Of a stretch of DNA of 10,901 bases, positions 5,886-10,901 are shown piece after piece; positions within the stretch are counted from its first letter, which is position 1, and each line of letters opens with the position of its first letter. This DNA comes from Candidatus Bathyarchaeia archaeon (GTDB taxonomy: Archaea; Thermoproteota; Bathyarchaeia; Bathyarchaeales; Bathycorpusculaceae), in NCBI GenBank assembly GCA_037481775.1, contig JBBFKZ010000031.1, positions 1 to 10,901 of the forward strand, read 5' to 3'. Both the position numbers and the translations under genes were made by a program. The notes under the pieces were generated by a model. It made no database searches and was not told the origin of the DNA. It saw nothing but the letters and a program-made list of their open reading frames with translations.

Positions 5886-7409
5886 GTGGCGCAAGCAACC
5901 TTTGAGGAAATCAGTGCATCCGACTTTTTCTACCGCAACCGCGACATCGCAGGCTTCACTAACCCGTCAAGAGCCATTTTCGCGGCGATCCGCGAGCTAG
6001 TGGAGAACTCGTTGGATGCGGCTGAAAGCCAGAAGATACCGCCAGACATTTATGTGCGCCTCTCTTTTGAAGGCGAAGCCAGCAAAGACACTCAGATTTA
6101 CAAGTTAAGAGTCGAAGACAACGGTTGCGGCATTCACCCTCGGTTTATTCCCTCAGCCTTTGGGCAAGTCCTTTACGGTTCCAAGTACAAGCTGAAACAG
6201 ATGCGGGGCACGTTTGGCTTAGGCGGCAAAATGGCTGTGCTGTACGGGCAGATAACAACGCACCAGCCAGCCTATGTTACCTCGAGCACTGGCCTGCCTA
6301 AGATTTACTCGTTTAAGCTGATGATTGACATTCAGCGTAACCGTCCCATAATTCTAGACCGCAAAGTGCTCATCAACAAGGAGCAGTGGCACGGCACAAT
6401 TGTAGAGTTCACTCTTGAAGGCGACTACTTGCGTGCTAGATCCAAAATTCTGGAGTATTTTAAGCAGACAGCCATGGTGAACCCATACGCGAATTTGACT
6501 TTTGTTGACCCGAAAGGCAGGCTTTACAAGTTTACGAGAGCGACCACGGAGATGCCTAACCCGCCGAAAGAAACCGAACCGCATCCCTACGGCGTTGACG
6601 TGGAGCTTCTACAGCGGCTTATTCAAGTAACTCCACATAAAAATATGCTGGATTTTCTGAAGCATCACTTTCACAGAGTCGGCGACGTAACTGCACAGAA
6701 GTTCCTGGAGTTCAGCGGGTTAAGCCCCTCCAAAAATCCTAAAAAACTTTCACATGAGGAAATTGTACGGCTAATGCATAACTTGAAGAAGTTTAAGGAT
6801 TTTCTGCCTCCTGATGCCAGCTGTCTATCGCCTCTAGGCGAAGAACTTCTAAAGGCTGGAATTTCGAAGGAGCTGAAACCTGAATATCTTGTTGTTCACC
6901 AACGCAAACCCGCAACTTACGCGGGCCACCCCTTCATCATCGAATTAGGCATTGCCTACGGTGGGGAGGTTCCGAGCAAAGGAAGCTTTGTAATCTACCG
7001 TTTCGCCAACCGGATTCCGCTGCTCTATGATGAAGCAAGCGATGTTTCATTTAGAGTGATAAACGCTATGAATTGGCGCAGATACAAGGTTTCGCTTGAC
7101 ATGCCCATCGCCATTGTGGTGCACATCTGCAGCACCAAAGTGCCCTACAAAACAGTTGGCAAAGAATTCATAGCAGACCGCCCTGAAGTTAGAAGGGAAA
7201 TAGCAAACGCGCTAAGGGAAGCAGCCCGTCAACTTCAGCATTTTCTGTCTAAGCGGGAGCATGTGGATAAGGAGCGCAAGCGTCTCGGCATTTTCGCGAA
7301 GTACCTTCCAAAGATTGCGCAGTTTTCCGCCAATCTCGCTGGAAAAGAAAAACTTCCGGATATAGATAAATTGTTAAAGAGTGTGCAAAAATATGGAGAA
7401 GAAACGTAA
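5886..7409 (+). CDS. top6B: DNA topoisomerase VI subunit B
   Basis: GHKL motifs ELVENSLDA, VEDNGCG and RGTFGLG, H2TH region, transducer RFANRIPLLY and KVPYKTVGKE. GTG start with SD GGAGG. Confidence 0.98.
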   Translation: MAQATFEEISASDFFYRNRDIAGFTNPSRAIFAAIRELVENSLDAAESQKIPPDIYVRLSFEGEASKDTQIYKLRVEDNGCGIHPRFIPSAFGQVLYGSKYKLKQMRGTFGLGGKMAVLYGQITTHQPAYVTSSTGLPKIYSFKLMIDIQRNRPIILDRKVLINKEQWHGTIVEFTLEGDYLRARSKILEYFKQTAMVNPYANLTFVDPKGRLYKFTRATTEMPNPPKETEPHPYGVDVELLQRLIQVTPHKNMLDFLKHHFHRVGDVTAQKFLEFSGLSPSKNPKKLSHEEIVRLMHNLKKFKDFLPPDASCLSPLGEELLKAGISKELKPEYLVVHQRKPATYAGHPFIIELGIAYGGEVPSKGSFVIYRFANRIPLLYDEASDVSFRVINAMNWRRYKVSLDMPIAIVVHICSTKVPYKTVGKEFIADRPEVRREIANALREAARQLQHFLSKREHVDKERKRLGIFAKYLPKIAQFSANLAGKEKLPDIDKLLKSVQKYGEET

Positions 7410-8484
7410 GTATAGTGTAACCGAAAAGAAGAGTGAAGTTATAGGAAGCCTGCAGGCTTTCGGAGCTAAAATTTATGAGCAAATGGAACAAGGAGATTTC
7501 CCCTCTATTGCAATGCCCAGTCGCTCTACTCAGAACATCTATTACGATCAGGCGCTTCGCCAGTTTATTTTAGGCGATAAAAGCGTGCGCAGAAGCGCCA
7601 GGAACATTCGCCACGTGAAGCCTTTCACGCAGCTTGTTTGGGTTGCAAGATTTTCACATGAGCTTACCACGCAACGCAAGACCTCCACTTTAAGAGACGT
7701 GTACTATTCTGCTCAAGCCTACGAAATGACCTTCAAGGATCAGCAGGAGTCCGACAACATCATTACGGACTTGGAAACAGTTCTCGGTCTCTCACGGGAA
7801 GACTTCAACATTTTCCCCGAGGAACGCTCCGCAGTCTTCGGAGACCTCACCATAGAGTACACAGTGCCCGGCTACGAGGGCAAAACCCTAAACCTAACCA
7901 CACATCCAGACGGCGTGTTAATCGGTCCAGCGTTGACGTCAGCAGAATTTGTAAGCACCACAGCCGACAAAATCATAGCTATAGAGAAAGGCGGTTTATT
8001 CACACGGTTCATCGAGGAAAATGTGCATAAGAAATTTAATGCGCTGCTGGTGCTCACCGCCGGACAAGCGCCTAGAGCGACGAGGCACTTCATTAGGCGG
8101 CTGCACACGGAATTAAATCTGCCCGTTTTCATCTTCACAGACGGTGACCCATGGGGAATGCACATTGCCATGGTTATCATAAGCGGCTCTGCGAATGCGG
8201 CTCACCTGCGGGAGCTAAACACGCCTGACGCGAAATGGAGCGGCGTCTGGGCAACAGACATCGTCAACTATAAGCTGCCAACGGATCCGCTGGACGAGGT
8301 GGACATTAAGCGGCTTTATGAATTGCAGAAGGATCCGCGGTATAAGGAGGATCCATTGTGGCAGAGGGAAATCAAAACATTTCTGAAAATCAAGCGTAAG
8401 GCTGAGCAAGAGGCCTTCAGCCGCTACGGGTTAACCTATATCGTGGATGAGTACTTGCCTGCAAAACTTGAAGAGACAAAGTAA
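7393..8484 (+). CDS. top6A: DNA topoisomerase VI subunit A
   Basis: Catalytic-Tyr motif STLRDVYY, TOPRIM motifs IEKGG and TDGDPWG, KAEQEA. ATG 7393 is preferred over GTG 7381 and gives a 17-nt overlap with top6B. Confidence 0.97.
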   Translation: MEKKRKYSVTEKKSEVIGSLQAFGAKIYEQMEQGDFPSIAMPSRSTQNIYYDQALRQFILGDKSVRRSARNIRHVKPFTQLVWVARFSHELTTQRKTSTLRDVYYSAQAYEMTFKDQQESDNIITDLETVLGLSREDFNIFPEERSAVFGDLTIEYTVPGYEGKTLNLTTHPDGVLIGPALTSAEFVSTTADKIIAIEKGGLFTRFIEENVHKKFNALLVLTAGQAPRATRHFIRRLHTELNLPVFIFTDGDPWGMHIAMVIISGSANAAHLRELNTPDAKWSGVWATDIVNYKLPTDPLDEVDIKRLYELQKDPRYKEDPLWQREIKTFLKIKRKAEQEAFSRYGLTYIVDEYLPAKLEETK

Positions 8485-8571
8485 AAGCTTAATCAAGCTT
8501 GCTTACGTGGTAACTACGCCTTTGATGTGCAGAGTAGATAGTGCGGAAACGCGGGAATTAGTCGGTTGTAT

Positions 8572-8586
8572 GCGAAAGTATAAAAT
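8572..8586 (+). promoter_or_regulatory. Putative BRE/TATA promoter of the small membrane protein gene
   Basis: GCGAAAG-TATAAAAT about 55 nt upstream of ATG 8641. It overlaps a predicted hairpin (see findings). Confidence 0.45.
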
Positions 8587-8640
8587 AACCCTACTGTTTA
8601 TTGTAGAAAAGCATCGGAATAAAAGAGGACTGAATAAGAC

Positions 8641-8841
8641 ATGAGCGAAGGAGAAACATTTTGGCTATCTCTCGCCGAGAAATTCTTCGGCTTTCTCCTC
8701 ATCCTAATAGGTGCATTATTCTTATACTTCACAGTCACGAGCACGGCGGCGCTAGGCGCTTTCGCAGGGCTCTTCGGCTTCTTAAGCATCTCAGTTTTGA
8801 TTACGGGCATTTTCCTGCTTTTGGTTAGACCGCCAGAATAG
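8641..8841 (+). CDS. Small two-transmembrane-helix hypothetical protein (66 aa)
   Basis: Two hydrophobic stretches (FFGFLLILIGALFLYFTV; AFAGLFGFLSISVLITGIFLLLV), short polar termini, GAGGACTGA upstream. Confidence 0.8.
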   Translation: MSEGETFWLSLAEKFFGFLLILIGALFLYFTVTSTAALGAFAGLFGFLSISVLITGIFLLLVRPPE

Positions 8842-8843
8842 GC

Positions 8844-9161
8844 TTATTCTCTTCGCTCAACCACTATTCGGCAGTTTGTAGCCAACGCGGCGATGACGCC
8901 TAATGCTGCCAGCCAAGGTGCTAAAATCGTTCCAATAACGCCGACTGTAACGGGAATTTCAAGCAGCGCTTTCCCTTGCTCATCCTTCACGATTATCCGC
9001 GTTACGTTTCCTTCATGAAGCAACTCTTTAACGCGGTCAACAAGGTTGCTGGCTGAGACACTGAATTCTTCCCGCGTCACTTTGGCTACTGCGGCGCCGC
9101 AGACAGGACAAAAGTTATCATCTTCCTTGAGAGGCGCACCGCATTTTGTGCAAAAAGTCAA
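8844..9161 (-). CDS. Zinc-ribbon + DUF4342-like domain protein
   Basis: FCTKCG-X8-FCPVCG zinc ribbon followed by EEFSV...LVDRVKELLHEGNVTRIIVK...LLEIPVTVG...APWLAALG.IAAL...C.IVVER, recognised as DUF4342-like. SD GGGGTGA lies 6 nt before the TTG start. Confidence 0.85.
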   Translation of the reverse strand: MTFCTKCGAPLKEDDNFCPVCGAAVAKVTREEFSVSASNLVDRVKELLHEGNVTRIIVKDEQGKALLEIPVTVGVIGTILAPWLAALGVIAALATNCRIVVERRE

Positions 9162-9310
9162 TCATGCTCACCCCAGTTTGCCAGAGGCGGACACACACTT
9201 AAAAATATTGCTGAAATTGCTCATCTGCTTGCTGAGTGTTTATTAAGCAATGACGTATTAATTTCTGTCAGTTTCGCCTATGCACGATAAAAGCAGAAGG
9301 ATGCGTTCAA

Positions 9311-10901
9311 ATGCCTATCCGCCAACCAATAGTATGCGTACTCGGCCACGTGGATACAGGCAAGACTCTGCTTTTGGATAGAATTAGAAAGACAAGTGTG
9401 CAGGCGAGAGAAGCAGGCGGCATAACTCAGCACATCGGCGCCAGTTTCTTCCCTGTTGAAACACTCAAGCAGCTTATGGGACCCCTGCTTTCAGCAATAA
9501 AAGGCGAAATCCAGATTCCAGGCTTACTGATAATTGACACACCCGGGCATGAAGCGTTCACTAACCTGAGGCGGAGAGGCGGAAGCGTCGCTGACATAGC
9601 AATCCTCGTAATCGATATTCTACGCGGTTTTGAGGCGCAAACCTACGAGTGCATAGAAATCTTGAAAGCACGCAAGACGCCGTTTATAGTGGCCGTTAAC
9701 AAAATAGACCGCATTTCAGGCTGGAAACCTCAGCCAGACACACCCTTCTATAAGGCCTATGCGGCGCAGGACGCCTATGTAAAAGAAAGCTTGGATAACA
9801 AGCTCTACGAGATTATGGGCACGTTCTCACGCTTGGGTTTCCGCGCCAACCGCTTCGACCAAATCACAGACTTTACAACAACAATTGCTCTTGTGCCCAC
9901 CAGCGCTAAGACTGGCGAAGGCTTAAACGAGCTGCTCATGGTTCTCGTCGGCTTAACGCAACAGTACTTGAAGAAGCGACTGCAAACCACGGAAGGCCCA
10001 GCTAAAGGCTCTGTTCTCGAAATTAAAGAGGAGCCAGGTTTGGGCTTAACGTTGAACACCATAATTTATGATGGCTCGCTTAAAAAGGACGATTTAATCG
10101 TAATAGGCGGAAAAGAGAAGCCCATCATAACCCGCATAAGGGCAATTCTGGTTCCCAAACCTTTAGATGAAATCAGAGACCCCCGCGACAGGTTCTCGTC
10201 CGTTGACTGCGTCTTCGCCGCCGCAGGCGTAAAAATCGTCGCGTCAGGCTTGGAGGGCGCTCTTGCAGGCGCATCACTCTATGCCGTGCCTACTAGCGAG
10301 GACGCCGAGAAGTATGCTAAGCTGGTTAACGAGGAGATTGAAAAAATCAGAATCTCCACTGATGTGGAAGGCGTAGTTTTGAAGGCGGACACACTGGGGT
10401 CTTTGGAGGCCATTGCGGAAATTTTGAAACAGAACAACGTGCAGATCAGGATAGCCGATGTGGGAGATGTTTCCAAAAGAGATGTTATAGAAGCGTCAAT
10501 AGTGAAGGAGCATGAGCCGCTTCATGGCGTTATCTTAGCGTTTAACGTTAAGGTTTTGCCAGATGCTGCAGAAGAAGCGGAAGCAAGAAAAGTCCAGATA
10601 TTCCGCGAGCAAATCATCTATCATCTGGTAGAGAACTATTTGAAGTGGCTTAAGGCTCAACGTGAAGCTAAACTATCACAGGAGTTTGAAAACCTCATCA
10701 AGCCGGGAAAAATTCGCGTCCTTGAAGGTTATGTTTTCCGACGGGCAAAACCCGCAATCTTCGGCGTAGAAATTCTAGGCGGCCAGCTAAAGCCGAAGTA
10801 CCAACTCATAAGAGCAGAAGACGGCGCAGACTTGGGCGAAGTGCAGCAAATCCAAGACCGAGGCAAAGCCATATCAGAAGCCAAGCAGGGCATGCAAGTA
10901 G
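9311..10901 (+). CDS. infB: Translation initiation factor aIF5B / IF-2 (partial, C-terminus outside window)
   Basis: Manual translation from ATG 9311: MPIRQPIVCVLGHVDTGKTLLLDRIR...EAGGITQHIGA...IDTPGHEAFTNLRRRGGS...NKID...SAKTGEG...KADTLGSLEA. The frame stays open to the window end (530 codons). Confidence 0.98.
   Translation, partial: MPIRQPIVCVLGHVDTGKTLLLDRIRKTSVQAREAGGITQHIGASFFPVETLKQLMGPLLSAIKGEIQIPGLLIIDTPGHEAFTNLRRRGGSVADIAILVIDILRGFEAQTYECIEILKARKTPFIVAVNKIDRISGWKPQPDTPFYKAYAAQDAYVKESLDNKLYEIMGTFSRLGFRANRFDQITDFTTTIALVPTSAKTGEGLNELLMVLVGLTQQYLKKRLQTTEGPAKGSVLEIKEEPGLGLTLNTIIYDGSLKKDDLIVIGGKEKPIITRIRAILVPKPLDEIRDPRDRFSSVDCVFAAAGVKIVASGLEGALAGASLYAVPTSEDAEKYAKLVNEEIEKIRISTDVEGVVLKADTLGSLEAIAEILKQNNVQIRIADVGDVSKRDVIEASIVKEHEPLHGVILAFNVKVLPDAAEEAEARKVQIFREQIIYHLVENYLKWLKAQREAKLSQEFENLIKPGKIRVLEGYVFRRAKPAIFGVEILGGQLKPKYQLIRAEDGADLGEVQQIQDRGKAISEAKQGMQV

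Noticed and set aside
8485-8500. AAGCTT-AATC-AAGCTT double palindrome after the top6A stop
   Set aside because: Too short, and there is no supporting context for an operator or repeat.
8498-8555. Degenerate hammerhead-like arrangement (TTGATGT...GGAAAC)
   Set aside because: The core deviates from CUGANGA at two positions, has extra junction nucleotides and has a mismatch at the base of stem III.
8522-8633. Second box C/D sRNA (TTGATGT ... CTGA)
   Set aside because: The boxes are about 100 nt apart, with no convincing D'/C' pair or terminal stem.
8447-8644. 65-aa ORF bridging top6A and the small membrane protein gene
   Set aside because: It overlaps top6A out of frame, has no recognisable motif, and spans a likely promoter or structured region.
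9046-9246. 66-aa plus-strand ORF
   Set aside because: Antisense to the zinc-ribbon gene and runs into the divergent promoter region.
883-10476. Alternative-frame and antisense ORFs in the track (e.g. 883-1083, 1096-1635, 1530-1814, 1898-2215, 2014-2313, 3085-3291, 4029-4361, 4783-5229, 5424-5711, 6354-6584, 7249-7491, 7872-8180, 9805-10062, 10279-10476)
   Set aside because: All overlap well-supported conserved genes and show no recognisable motifs, so they are treated as shadow ORFs.
1-10901. CRISPR array, IS element, integrase, intein, tRNA or rRNA gene
   Set aside because: No regularly spaced repeats, transposase motifs, in-frame insertions or cloverleaf sequences were found by eye.

Overview
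Archaeal core-genome window. The gene set, protein style and SD/BRE-TATA signals suggest a TACK-type archaeon, probably Bathyarchaeia (inference, not verified). In order: 5' part of proteasome alpha subunit psmA (minus strand, runs off the left edge), a type I phosphoribosyltransferase overlapping KEOPS subunit Cgi121, a convergent stand-alone THUMP (Tan1-like) gene, an Ntn-hydrolase isoaspartyl peptidase/L-asparaginase, ABCE1/Rli1, topoisomerase VI B and A, a 66-aa two-TM protein, a zinc-ribbon/DUF4342-like protein, and aIF5B (infB, runs off the right edge). psmA and infB are missing from the ORF track. Two unannotated intergenic elements stand out. (1) A box C/D guide sRNA candidate (2411-2477, minus) just upstream of the THUMP gene, whose two guides appear to target opposite strands of SSU rRNA helix 34 around the cytidine that is acetylated (ac4C) in eukaryotes. 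(2) A 22-aa hyper-acidic Trp-repeat micropeptide (3693-3761) with its own promoter, perfect SD and terminator, upstream of ABCE1. A possible GNRA-rich structured RNA follows top6A. No mobile element, CRISPR array, tRNA or rRNA was seen.
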